The notes under the pieces: generated by a model
What the model saw: only the letters and a program-made list of their open reading frames with translations
Databases searched by the model: none
What the model was told of the DNA's origin: nothing
Program-made: the position numbers and the translations under genes
Origin: Phoronis australis
Lineage: Eukaryota; Animalia; Phoronida
Assembly: GCA_002633005.1 (NCBI GenBank)
Contig: NMRA01000211.1
Span: 1-64,000, forward strand
Direction of reading: 5' to 3'
DNA: 64,000 nt
Shown here: piece after piece, positions 24,701 to 36,595 of the stretch
Position numbering within the stretch: the stretch's first letter is position 1
Layout of the letters: every line of letters starts with the position of its first letter

Positions 24701-27700
24701 CGGTCGTCTGCAACATTATGACTTCAATAGTGAGTTATCTCCCCTTATCGTCTTTCGTGTAACACGTCATCTTGAAAGTGTTATCTAATATACAAGACAG
24801 GCATAAAAGTGTACTTAATTTCGACTAGTATACACAATTCTTTACTTTCCAATTGGAACGTTGATTTCAATGATTCCTTACATCCTGCAGGCATCTTGGA
24901 CATTTAACTTAGGATGTCTGTTTCAGATTCTAGGTAAGGGCTTCAAATCGACCGATGAAGAAGTTTTGCAGGTTCTTTTGTTCGACAAGTTATTTAACGT
25001 CGGTCTGCATCCAATCAACGGAGCTGAACTCGACGCGTTCCCATGGTTGCGTTGTCTGGGTAACGCTTGTTACAGAACATTGAAGCATGCAGCGGAAATG
25101 CGTGATACATTTATCGAAAAACATTTCAAAATCTGCAAGGTATTGAACTTTAATTGTTCGGTGTACAACTCTTGATATATTTTTAGCGAACAAATCTTTG
25201 AAGTCCTGTTCAAAAACCAATATGTGATGGCCAACTCTAACTTTATGTGTCATCGGTCATGATTATAACTTTTTGATTGGTTCTAGAAGGCCCTAATTTG
25301 GCGCAAAGGAGTGGCACTTGATGGACTATCTTGAGCAATCTACATGCAGTTTATCATTGCTTAACAAATCAAAGTTAGTATCATTCGGTCATTCCCATTG
25401 GTGGAATTATGGGGAACTTATTCTTGGTAATTGTTTTGTCCACGGAGCCTCGCTGCTGCAGTAAAATCGCAGGTTAAATCAATGCATTCCACTCAAGCAC
25501 GTGTTTCATTATAACACAAGATGGCAAAGCTGACAAGTAAAGCCTCCGAATAGTTGCTTTGCCCAACTCATTCTTGAATCCTTTGTTTACGGCAGACGGA
25601 ATTCTCTGTGTCGCGGCGCCTCTTCTCAATGTACATGTACATGTAGTGCCGTGTAAAAATTGTATACGTACATGTACAGTTCGACTATCCTTTGCAGGAA
25701 GCACTCAACCCGGACAATATCAAAGGAATTTTCGACGCCTTATTCGTGAATCAAATGTCTTCCACTACTAACAGAAACAGCGACCATGGTGGTAACGATG
25801 AGAAATGTGGACCTGCTGGAAAACTTGACGACGATGACATCAAAGGAATTATCAACGACTTTATCATTGCAGGTAATGATTGTGCCAACGTGCTGCTGTC
25901 TGATACTCCCTCTTGGTGCTCTATCATGAAACACTCGTCCAAGCGTCCTCCAGGGCAATATATCCCCTTGTTTGGCCGTGTTTAAGTTCTGGGACTTAGT
26001 AGCGATAAACTCTGTGATGTTTTGAAACACAAATTGTCAACTCTGTGGTGTTTTGAAACACAAATTGTCAACTCTGTGGTGTTTTGAAACACAAATTGCC
26101 ACTTTCGAACAAAAACGAGGTAGACAACGAGTAGCTCCAAGAGCCACTTATTGCATGCTGTACAGACTTAAGCCGTCAATAGAAAACCTTTCTTCTTCAG
26201 GTACCGCAACAACAACCTCCACCATGACAGTTTCATTACTCGTCCTCATTAATAACCCGGATATCAGAAAAAAGCTCCAAGCACAGGTTGACGAGGTAAA
26301 ATCATGAGAAGCTAGTTGTTTATTTCATTGATAGATCACATGACATCGATCGATGTGTATTGTGTGGAGGAAAATTACTTAAATTTAATAAACTTGCACA
26401 ACAGTCGAACAGGGGTTGTAATGGATGCTGGTTTCATTTGAACTGAGAGCAAGTTCATAGTTTCATTTTTTAATTTTCCATGTATGTCTGGCAGCTTCAA
26501 AAATTTTATTTTAATAGTTTGGACTGTCTGTTGCGTGATACGTGGCTTACGACTTATCACAGAAAGTTGGTATTACATTCTGCATAACTACATGTATTTC
26601 TGGAAAAAAAATCTCACTTGAGTAAAGTCTCTAAGAATATTCACTCAGCAGCTAGTTAATGAAGTATTTTTATGAATCGTTGGCATTCAGGCTGTGGTAC
26701 ACTCATAATTACTTGGCTTAACCTTTGTTCAGACATTTTGAAGTGGGAGCCTAATAGCGAATTTCTGTCTTAAGTCACTTTGACGAAATGGACACCAAGC
26801 TAAGAAAATTGTTCTTGGTGCCGACTAAATTAACGAAGCATTTTCCTTCTAGTCCGTACCCAAAGACTGCCTCCCAGCTCTAAAAGACCGTTCCAGTATG
26901 CCGTATGTTGACGCTTTTGTCTTCGAAGTTCTGCGTTACTCCTCAATCCTTCCACTGGCTGTTCCCCATAGCACTACTGTAGATACAGCTATTGGTGGGT
27001 ACGAGGTACCCAAGGGGACGCAGGTAATTACATTGGGCTCCTGAAAGGACGGGGGTTCCATTCAAATACACATTGAACTCTTGCTCGGATGACAGGTGCA
27101 TTTGCAGTTCTAAGTAGTGCTGGTATGGGCCCCTATATGTATTCATTGTCGGCATATTTCTGAATGTATAAAATTCAATTAACATTCGTCAGATATCACA
27201 AAAGATTTACGCTTCAAGAATTCGAGGCTGCTCATTTCTTATAATTAAACACCTTTGCTATGTTTGTGCTATCGGTTTTGATGTTGTTATTTGGAGTATT
27301 GACAAAGTGTGCATTAAATTTGTAAACAAGCATAACGGTCTTGACTTCAACAGGAGGGGCTACTCAGCCAAATCACTCTGGTACACAAATACGCTCTTAC
27401 TTATTTGAAAATTCAGACGTCTACAATGTTGAGTGTGAATGGCTCTTTCCAAGCCGATGATCATGTCTGACGTGCATTCAGTAACACCAGGACCTACCTA
27501 AAACTAGTCAGAGTCACGTGTTCTCATTCGAAATACACGGCAATACCTCTTGCTTTTTAAAAAGGTCCTGGCGTTACTGAACGGGAGGCTGGTCTCATTT
27601 TGGTAACATTGTTAATACGAATAAAAAAATCCCTTTTTTATATGCATGCCAAAGCTTAGACTATGGCTGTGGTGTTTTATTACTCCAAAACCTCAGTGAT

Positions 27701-29678
27701 TTTATCTTTAAACTAAGCAATTGAGTTGACTTTTACGCTGTGCGGAGCTTTTTGATTGTTTTTATTTTCTATTAATATGTCGTTTAATTCCGTATGATTT
27801 CTTTTATCTTCGTTATTTCTTTGTGTTATTGCACATTGTTATATTTTTAGGTAAATAATTCATCGCTATGTATATATAACCTTTGATGTAATGATTCTTT
27901 ATCTGGGTAAATTATCTGTGCTATTGTTGTTGCGTCTTATTCTTGTGTTGCAATACAAAAAGAATCCAGGCTGGCGGCAAAAAACCTGGTGCGATTTCTG
28001 ATGATTGCTAATGGCATATTATCTGTTCAGACTGTGCCGATTGCTTTTGTGTTGTTAATGTTGTTCGTATGACTGTGTTTGGTAGGGACCCTTCCGGCTC
28101 GTCTTTTGTAATCGATTGTCGTCTGATTATTAAACAGGTTAAAATTACGATGCATTGTCCAGGTTCATAGGCGGATTTGGGGGGTTGACGGGCCCCATGC
28201 CCCCCCCCCCCCCTTTGCTGCCGAAAGCAAAATGAAGCAGCAAGATCGTGAGGAATTATTGATTACTAGGACCGGCAGCTGATAAAGAGATAAGGGGGGG
28301 CTCGGATTACCGCGGAATTGCGTTCGCGTTGTTGTTGTTTTGTTTTTTTAATTCCAAGGTGTATTTCCCGAACAGAAGTTCGCACCCAGCCTCCGCAACT
28401 TTTAGGCCGCCTGTGCACATACAAGCGCGCTTTGCCCAACTCCCCGAGGCAACATGTTAGCCCCCCTCCCGCCTTATGGTATCCTAGAACCGCCACTGAG
28501 GTTATCTGGCCGATGAGCCATGAATTTAAGGACTTGAAACTTAAAGTGTGCCTGCCTTCCAAACAGAAGTTGAGTACGTTCTAAAATGTATAGCATCGCC
28601 GCTGTTCATTCGCAGGTGCTGGCTAATTTATGGACCATACACCACGATGAAAAGAACTATCCCAACCCGTGGAGTTTTCAGCCCGAACGTTTCCTTGACA
28701 ACAGCGGTCAGCTAGTTGCACCGGATCATCCGAATCGCCGGAAGTGAGTAGAAAAAGCTCAGCCACTCTTCGTAATTTCACTTTGGAGCTCCTCGCAGTG
28801 GTTTCGCTAAAACGTTTTAATGTTTCAAAAATTTTGACTATTGCAACTTCAACAAAAATCGCTGGGATGCTGAAGGTCAAAGACGTCGCACTTTTGTTGT
28901 GGGGATTCCTGTGGCCAGTTTCATGAAACAGTCCCAAACAGGGATTCAACTTAGGCCCCTAAGTCTTTGTACGTATTTGTGTCTTTATGGACTCACAGAT
29001 GCAATATTTTTATATCAGTTCATGTTTAGTATGAGCTCCTCTTTGTTTAATGACTTTTTCTAATAATATAGATAAAAACTGAGCCCAGCTTCATTGAAAA
29101 TAAATAGGGACGTAGTCCTTAAATTAGGGGTGTTGCGTGAAAAAATCCCTAATATACGTATACGATTGTTAGTATTTTGAAAGACACCCCTTTCTGAATG
29201 GAGAATTCGTAGTTCACCAACTACGCAGTATTGTTGACGCACGTAGATCGTTGGCCTTTTTACGAATGGCAAGTTTGACGTCATACGCGTAAAGGATTAT
29301 AAGATAGCAGTCATCCTGAGCAGCGCGATGGAGACAAAGACATATGATCCATAAGCATCACTCTACATTGGTGATATTTCAACCAGGCTTGACGGATGTT
29401 TAAGAACTTACTGGTAGTAATGACCACTAAATATTGCTTTTTTCAGTTTGATGGCGTTTGGTGCCGGTCGACGAATATGTATCGGCGAGCATTTTGCAAA
29501 AGCACGTCTCTTTCTTCTCCTATCAGGAATTCTTCAGAAATTCGACGTGATTCCAGAGGACACTGCCAACGTTCCATCTTCGGATCCCAGAAGATATAGA
29601 ATAGGCCTTGTTCTATTCCCGAAACAATTCAACGTTCGAGTTGTTGAAAGAGACGGTTTAGTAGAACAACCTAACTGA
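21682..29678 (+). CDS. Cytochrome P450, clan 2 (CYP17/CYP1/CYP2-like), 10 coding exons, 519 aa
   Basis: Exons 21682-21799, 22585-22756, 24037-24168, 24606-24729, 24927-25139, 25698-25872, 26201-26295, 26853-27023, 28616-28743, 29447-29678. All introns are GT-AG; total 1560 nt, in frame. TM anchor, PGPPCLPFIGNL, AGTATT, EVLR, PERF, FGAGRRICIG. Confidence 0.95.
22585..22756 (+). CDS. CYP exon 2
   Basis: GNLHQLDPIKPHIQFTKWKDVYGDIF...EFGGR. Confidence 0.92.
23170..23554 (-). mobile_element. Kolobok-like non-autonomous element, copy 2 (CYP intron 2)
   Basis: Reverse complement aligns with 14669-15240; ends ttagtgtccat|TTAA. Confidence 0.6.
24037..24168 (+). CDS. CYP exon 3 (not in the ORF track)
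   Basis: tttcag|RPQTLRALLFGKGCNIGSVPHSTHLQHKKKVGYWAMRSYAVGIER|gtaa; phases match both neighbours. Confidence 0.88.
24606..24729 (+). CDS. CYP exon 4
   Basis: LEAAIADE...GQPFDP...VCNIMTSI. Confidence 0.92.
24927..25139 (+). CDS. CYP exon 5
   Basis: ILGKGF...ELDAFPWLRCLGN...FKICK. Confidence 0.92.
25698..25872 (+). CDS. CYP exon 6
   Basis: EALNPDNIKGIFDALF...IINDFIIAG. Confidence 0.92.
26008..26100. repeat. 31-bp tandem repeat x3
   Basis: aactctgtg(a/g)tgttttgaaacacaaattg(t/c)c three times. Confidence 0.95.
26201..26295 (+). CDS. CYP exon 7
   Basis: TATTTSTMTVSLLVLINNPDIRKKLQAQVDE. Confidence 0.92.
26853..27023 (+). CDS. CYP exon 8 (ExxR; not in the ORF track)
   Basis: SVPKDCLPALKDRSSMPYVDAFVFEVLRYSSILPLAVPHSTTVDTAIGGYEVPKGTQ. 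Confidence 0.93.
27477..27581. mobile_element. Very small MITE
   Basis: 19-bp TIR ttcagtaacaccaggacct / aggtcctggcgttactgaa. Confidence 0.6.
28166..28498. mobile_element. MITE with 5-bp TSD (hAT5-like), CYP intron 8
   Basis: aggtt|cataggcggatt ... agaaccgccactg|aggtt. Confidence 0.75.
28616..28743 (+). CDS. CYP exon 9 (PERF; not in the ORF track)
   Basis: VLANLWTIHHDEKNYPNPWSFQPERFLDNSGQLVAPDHPNRR. Confidence 0.93.
28912..29152 (+). mobile_element. Partial copy of the Harbinger-like MITE (CYP intron 9)
   Basis: Aligns with 2074-2315. Confidence 0.8.
29447..29678 (+). CDS. CYP exon 10 (heme-binding Cys)
   Basis: LMAFGAGRRICIGEHFAKARLFL...VEQPN*. Confidence 0.95.
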
Positions 29679-30442
29679 AAAGCTCCAAATAGGTCAGATG
29701 ACGTTCAAGACCATCACAGGTTTTTTTCTTTAAGTGGTATTAACACAAAGAAAAGTTATTTTCTGAGAAGAGCCTCAGCGGAGACTCAAACCTGCAACCT
29801 CCGCGGTCACGGCATAACGCTTTGCTGGCAGAGCAATCCCATTTCAGGCCAGAGTATTTTACGCATTTTAAACGTCTTAGGTCACCAGTCTTAGTTTCAG
29901 GGAATATCTAGCTCAGAAATGACAGAATTTGTCAATTTGAAACAAAGTTGCGAAAAACAGCTACCGATTCTGTTGTTTCATAGCTCTGGTCAAAGCTTTT
30001 AACTTTAAAGGAGAATGTCTTTTTTACCGTTTTAATCGGTCTATATCCACATCGCCTCTTATACGGTCGACCTCACCTTGCCGAGAGATGTAGCGTTAAC
30101 CTTGAGGAAGGTGAGAAACAACGCAGCGACGTGAGTGGTTCGTCAGCAGAGTGAATGCCGCTATATTGCGGTGCATCGTTCCAGCTTGTCCGAACTATGA
30201 AGATGTGAAGAAAGTGGATATATCGTTTTTTTGACTTTCTCGAGAGCCAGAAATACCTAGAAAGTGGCTCGCGGTAGTGAAGAATGGAAGGTACGTTGTT
30301 AATAGCAAGTATGAGGCCGTTTTCTCCGTGTCTGTTGCCGGCATTTCATCGGCATTGATTTCTCTGACGACTTCCGGCTTACCAAAGAATTATCCATACG
30401 TTCCGTTGCCTGTGCATGTTCACGGCACCTCTCTAGTATTGA

Positions 30443-31444
30443 CATAGGCGGATTTAGGGAGGCCCAGGGGGCCCGCCCCCCCCCCTTGGCTGCCGCAAAA
30501 AAATAAAACAGTAAGAGCGTAGGGAAATGTTGAGTTAATCAATTAACCCCGGTAATTATACGGATGAAAAAAGATTTAAATGTGTGCAGTTTTAGTGTTG
30601 AGGGGGCTCAAATCCAATTTCAAGTGTCAAATTCGGAACACGGCGCATTCGTAACGGAACTATGGCTAAGTATAGGCTCTCCCGCGATATCCCAGGCGAC
30701 CGGCAGTGGCGCTGCGCACTACGACTCAGTTTCCGTCGTCTGCTCCACTGTGCAATGAAGAAAATTTACTTCATTTTTTAAAGAAAATGGAACCTGAGTG
30801 ACGATGAAAAAACAGAAGCTGCTGGTAAGATGGGAATTTTAATCGAAGCCTTAGTGAATCACTCAGAAACTCGCAATACTCTCTTTGTCAAAGCTTATGT
30901 TAAGACGATTTCCAAAGCAATCCCGTCATTATTCCCAACACGAAAGACGGATTTGGTCTTTTGGGCATTTGAAGACTATTTTAAATACGACAAATTTGTT
31001 AAGAATCGATGGCACAAAACGTGTAATAAGCATTACAACAAGAAGTAGGTTTCGCGCGCAAACGCTGTGGACCATAAACAAGTAGGTCTCTTAGCAAGGT
31101 ATAAGTAGTTAAGTTGTGGTGGTGTAGTGGTAACGTACTCGCGCTCTATGCGCAAGGTCGTGAGTTCGGGTCTTTGATACTTGCAGTTTTTCTTGTTTGA
31201 CATGTTCTCCATGTTTTTTTTGCCTTTTTTTCTTGGATAATACTTCAGGAATCAAGGGAAATACTTGATTTTTAGAGGTAAAATCAGAAAAATTTCCTGG
31301 GTGGGAGGGGGGGCCAAACCCCCCTCTCGACCTCCCCCCATTCGGTGCTATGCGCATCTACAATCGGGGGTCAGTTTGCGCAAATGTTTACAGCCGGACA
31401 GAATGGTGGGCCCCCCCCCTTGTGATATCCTAGATCCGCCACTG
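30443..31444. mobile_element. MITE with 5-bp TSD (hAT5-like) nested in the Kolobok-like element
   Basis: attga|cataggcggattt ... agatccgccactg|attga. Confidence 0.8.
31113..31185 (+). other. tRNA-derived sequence (SINE head or tRNA pseudogene)
   Basis: A-box-like tggtgtagtgg, stem gcgc-tctat-gcgc, B-box-like gagttcgggtc. Acceptor and T stems do not pair fully. Confidence 0.55.
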
Positions 31445-32109
31445 ATTGATCAGTGTATTCCGGTTCGAACTGATAGCCTGTGAAACCTAACAATACAACC
31501 CGTGAATTCTTCGTCGGATGAGCTCTTGACTAAGTCGGGATTGGCGCCGGGCGAGTTGCCATGTAGACGTTTATTATTCTGCGTTCTGTTTCAAAATGAA
31601 TTATTCTCATCCTAACCAATGCTTATATAAAACTGAAACAAAGTCTGTCTCATAAGATACAATTTGTAATGCCTTTGCAATATTCGCGAGTGCAAATGTT
31701 GAGAAGCCAGCAATGAATAAACCACTACGTTACCGGCTTTTGATGCCGGCAATAAAGGTAATTGACCGGGCACCGAGGCCGTGTAAGCGCATGCTAATTC
31801 AGAGTTTGCTCACAGAAAGCTATTGTGAAACAATTACTCGATTTTATATGCTATGGTCACATGTTAGGGGAATCTTTATTTAGAAATACAAATACATTAT
31901 TCAAATCATTGTTACTGTACAACCTTTGCCTTGACGGTCTGTGAAACGGGAACCCGACTTCGCAGACCCCGAAGTAAGTAGATTTTCAGTTTCGTGGCTA
32001 ATTCACATAAATAATTATACGTGCACATTATTTCTTTGGCTTACTTTTATTGTCTTTTCGTGACTGGAGGTTAAGTTTCCAACTCAAGCTGGTTTATGTT
32101 CGTGCCAGT

Positions 32110-32220
32110 CCCGGACCCGCGACGGGCATGATCGGGTTCCGAGCCACTGGCAGGGATAACAAGTCAGACCGGCCGCGATGGGCCTGATCGGGTTCCGACC
32201 TACTGGCCGAGATAACGAGC
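32110..32220. repeat. ~57-bp imperfect tandem duplication
   Basis: ccgcga(c/t)gggc(a/c)tgatcgggttccga...actggc..gataac twice. Confidence 0.8.
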
Positions 32221-34401
32221 GTTTTGTGTGTTTAGGACTCAAAAAATCACAAGTCTAAACAACACAGATCTATGCTCTCCTGTCTGTATTTTACTGAAGA
32301 ATACTTCGAATTTATCTCCGAACAGACCCCAAACTCCTGTTACGGACCTTGGTAAGTTGGCCTGCCGAACTTTGTAAGGCTACGCTGTGACCAAATACCA
32401 ATAAATCCGTAACAGCGAAATATAACAACTCGTTTTTATAAGAACTCGGTGTATTTTTAATTGTTTTACATATTTATTTGATGATTTATTGGTGTCAAAC
32501 GATGAATTCAAGCGACAAGCTGACACCAGTAACCCGTGTTGTGAACTGCTGAACAGACTGCGTGTGAAACCAATGACGTCATTGGATAATTTCAACACCT
32601 CCGTCTGCCGTTACGTGTCAGGTAACGCAACCGAACGTGCCGTTATCGAGTAGAACTGCTGGATCTAAATTGATACAAAATAGGTTGTTTTTGGGTGGCA
32701 TTAAGTAGTTTTCCCCGACCAATAATCCTCAAAATGCGTTTTCGGCCCAAAACTGATGATGTCCTTTTAAACCGGTTATAAAATCGCCTTCCATCAAGAA
32801 ATCTAAATTTTAAGTTTGTATAGAGACCGAATTGGTGTCAAATTGTTCTTTAGTCAAATCAAATGTGGATTTGAAAAGAACTCAAAAGTTCTCCTTTACA
32901 TGAGAGCAAGCTTTGCAGGCGGATTTGTCACGGCGGGTCACTAAACTGGCAACTGTAGCTCACTGATGTCACCGAAGGCCTAGTTCGGACATGATCAAGG
33001 AGAGGATGCCATAGATAAAAATTGTATGTTTAGCTAGTGTTTAACTTCGTATAATATAGTAATGAAAGTTGAAATAATAATTGTTTGTTGAAAACACTCA
33101 ACTTTTCCTAGAATTCAAAGAGCTCAGTTTCGTGCGGAGTTGTATCGTCAGTGACGACGACGACGATCGCACATACTGGAGCATTTTTGAAAGCAATCAA
33201 AGTTTTTTACACGACACACGTGCTATGATTTTCACCAAATACACGGTGTATTAAGCCAACAACGCACATGCTATGCACAAATCTATCCCACATATTTGAA
33301 AATACGGATGCTGTATAAGTTACGCTATCAACTGTGAAATACGGGACAGTATAGCCAATCCGTATAGCACGGTAGTGGCCGTATTCATGGTTGGTGAGCA
33401 GTCTCCTTGTAGAATAAATTCCCCAAACTTGATCGAGCTCGTTCATTTGGGTTTCCCAAGTCACGAATCCAAGGCGTCGTTCCTTTAAAAGCAGATTTAC
33501 TGCTCTAAAAATAGAAAAAATTACCGACGAAAATTCCGACGCACGGTGATCGGGTGGCTATTTTGGGCCTCGCTCAACTTTCAATTTAGGTCGTCGTATA
33601 TACATGTACACCTTTATGTCAAGCTGAGTAGCGTCCCCGGTCAGCAAAATAAGCCAAAAATCTAACGAAAATGCAACGAAAACTTTTCGTTATGGATACA
33701 TACAGTATATCTACACTGAGAGCTAAGGTCTTTATAGGAAATTAAGACGAGTATGCGTTTTTTACTGAGACATTCGTCTGCTCACAGCGTTCAACGTTAT
33801 CCCCGTCGCTGCCTGCTGTAGCCTAAAATCTTCTTTTTGCGATACAGGCATTACCTCAAGTTCTGCAAATCAGCACAGTTACCACCGTTATTTTCCAGTG
33901 TCATGATGAACACGGGGAAATGTTCCTAATACTATGTACAGTCCAGAAGCTAAGACACGAAAACAGACCCAGAAAACTAAGAAAATCTTCGAAGCTAAAA
34001 CGACCCACTGCTACACGACTCGGTTCAGAGAATGCTTCACTTTTTATACTCCCAGATGGATTGTTTCTGAAGTTTCCGACAAACTTTTGATATTATTGAA
34101 AGTTTCTGTAGAGTTGCCGATCTAGGATATCATAAGGGGGACTAATATTTTGTCTCGTAAACAATCGCGCAAAGCATGATTGTAGGGGCGCATAGCAACG
34201 AATGTGAGGAGGTCGGGAGGGGGGTTTCCCCCACCCTCCCAGAAGAAAATTTTGTGTTTGCCTCTAAAAACATTGTATTTTTAAATGTTATACCAAGGAG
34301 TGTAGTAGTATAGGAGAGTTCACTTGTGAGTTCGCTGTTACCGCTACTACTAGCGCCGCCAAGTGGTGATTAAGCAACTGTCAACCAGAAAGCACTAAAA
34401 A

Positions 34402-35320
34402 ATGGGGAAGGACGCATTTTGCAGTGCGATAAATTGCATGAATTCATCCACGAAAACCCCAGACGTGTCATGTTTTAGGATCCGGAAAGGTAAGAGTTTT
34501 CTGTTATTCAATAATATGATACATTGTCTTTCATTTTGTGTGTTCTGTTAGACAAGTCGATCGCAGTCCAGTTGCCACTGTTGTCTGCAGTGCAGGCTAG
34601 GCCTACTGTACAGCCGGGCTGCCGGCGGAAGAACTATGATGAACGTACATGTACGATGTGATCGTCAGCTTTTTGGATACTTGCAGTCCATGAATTCCAA
34701 ATCAAAATGTCATCCGTACGATCTCGGGGATAATTTTAGGAAACCATGCCCATGGCCATGGGTAATATGACTGGTGACATGGCCATGGCACAATCACAGC
34801 CAATGGGCCACAAGTCTGTCATGAGTCAAGTTAGAGAATCTGTGGGTCTCGGTGAAAAGGTGAAAAAATCAACATAATTTTAATGTGTCAGTTGGACCAA
34901 TTAAATTAAGCAGTGCGTCATTGAAAATTTAGTTCTATGTGTCAATGATTCGTGGGCACGGCCCTGTTAAAATATCCGTGGACCGACATTTGAGTCCTAG
35001 TTTTTTCAGTTGACACCAAAACGCTTTTGTCTCTATCACAATCACAGTACGACAGGAATTCTGTAGCGTAGTGTAGTTTAGTGTACGATACCGGTCTTCT
35101 GTGAACCTAGTGAGTATGAGGTTTATTCCTGAGTCTCTCATTGATTTCTGTTCAGGTGCAAGCGGTGGGAGCCGACCTTATGGATAGAGATGCAGCCTAC
35201 TTGTCCAAGAACTGCAAGTTATGCTCTCATCACTTCGAGAGTCCATGTTCATGAATGAAGAACAAGCTAGTATTGACTGCAGTGCCCGAACAATATATTA
35301 TGTACCGACTCCACCAAAAA
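34402..35320 (+). pseudogene. THAP domain of a P transposase, two exons (~34402-34489, ~35156-35320), frameshifted
   Basis: MGKDAFCSAINCMNSSTKTPDVSCF..DPER|gtaag ... ttcag|CKRW..ADLMDRDAAYLSKNCKLCSHHFE.SMFMN...LTAVP.TIYYVPTPP. Confidence 0.8.
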
Positions 35321-35339
35321 TGAAGATGTTAAAAAGTTA

Positions 35340-35600
35340 TCCGGAAATTATATTACAGCTCTGGAATAGGCTTTTTTGCATTTCTGATTATCGTCTCACA
35401 AAGCAAGTACTGGAATATCAAGTGTAGAAAGGACAATAGTCAAGATCTGGTTTTCGTATTTTACTAAGGTTGATCAGATTGACACATTTTATGAATGGTT
35501 AGCCTGTGATTTGGAGAGTGTCAAAGTGAAACTGATGGATCATTCAGAGTCTGAATGGTGGGCTGAAATTTTGTTAAACCCAAGCTATCCGTATCATTTT
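35340..35600 (+). mobile_element. LINE ORF2 fragment inside the P element
   Basis: IILQLWNRLFCISDYRLTKQVLEYQ...VKVKLMDHSESEWWAEI, resembling the post-RT region of RTE-X-like elements. Confidence 0.5.
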
Positions 35601-36595
35601 GCTTCTCGATGACAAACAACTCTGTGAGTAAATTAGTTTTCAGCTTTATTTATAACGCATTTCTTTGGCGAAAACTGCTGTTGTTTACTAGAGAATTAAT
35701 ACAGAGTGACGAGGTTGGTCAGATTTTCTTGTATTGGTTGGTGTATGTGTTGCCTATTTTGTACTTTTTTGGAGATTGTGATTAATTTAAGCCCCAGTTG
35801 TGGCTAGGTAACAGATATGATCTTGTGGTCTGGCTTCAACTTACCTGAAATATTTACTGTTATTGATAATAGGAACAGTGGGTACTAAAATTAAATTTTG
35901 TTTTATCATCCAAGTCTTTTTAATTCATTTTTGTTGGAAGCTATGTGGATAGTGAATATTTTGATTGCTGTTCAGAGTCTTATTTTTTGTCATAACATTT
36001 TGAACTTTGACTAGTAATGAATGATGATATACTCAATGTTACTAAGTTTTGTAAGTTGTGAGCTATTCTACAGATTAGCAACTGACTTGTGACTGTTGGT
36101 GATTTTATTGGGAGAGTGGAATCGAGTTTACTCTATACTGGCATGTCTAAGAAATAATGGAATGTTCTAAAATTATATTTACAATATTGTGGTAGTGATG
36201 AATTGCTTTGCTTTCTTCTTCTTACTTGTGTAACACCCACTGCACAAAACAATTGTTTGCATTGCTAGTATCCTGGTGCACTAAATAGGTAACACATGCG
36301 AAATGTTTGGGTGGAGATGAAACCAGCAGTGAGCTGGGAGCTACATGTTTGTCAGTGGTCAGGGGAGCAACCAAAATGTGTGACGATGGGAGGGGCTCAA
36401 AACGCTTGTGGCATACCCCATTGGTTTTTACCCGTTTAACACTCCTCCCATGTAATCCCCCTGGGAGGGCTTCAACACCCATTAAGCGCCCACCTGGTTT
36501 TTGACTGGTACCCGCTTACTTGGCACCTTGGGGGAAATTTCCCTCTGAACCCCCAGGAGCAATCATTCAAATTATGTAGTCCATGGAGGTATTAA

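Larger units (their letters stand above)
30009..32895 (+). mobile_element. Kolobok-like non-autonomous element with THAP remnant
   Basis: TTAA|aggagaa ... ttctcct|TTAC. Frameshifted THAP at ~30155-30410 (CIVPACPNY...ISFF...RKWLAVVKN...RVCCRHF). Confidence 0.65.

Noticed and set aside
31113-31185. Functional tRNA gene
   Set aside because: The cloverleaf is incomplete and the B box imperfect; kept only as tRNA-derived.
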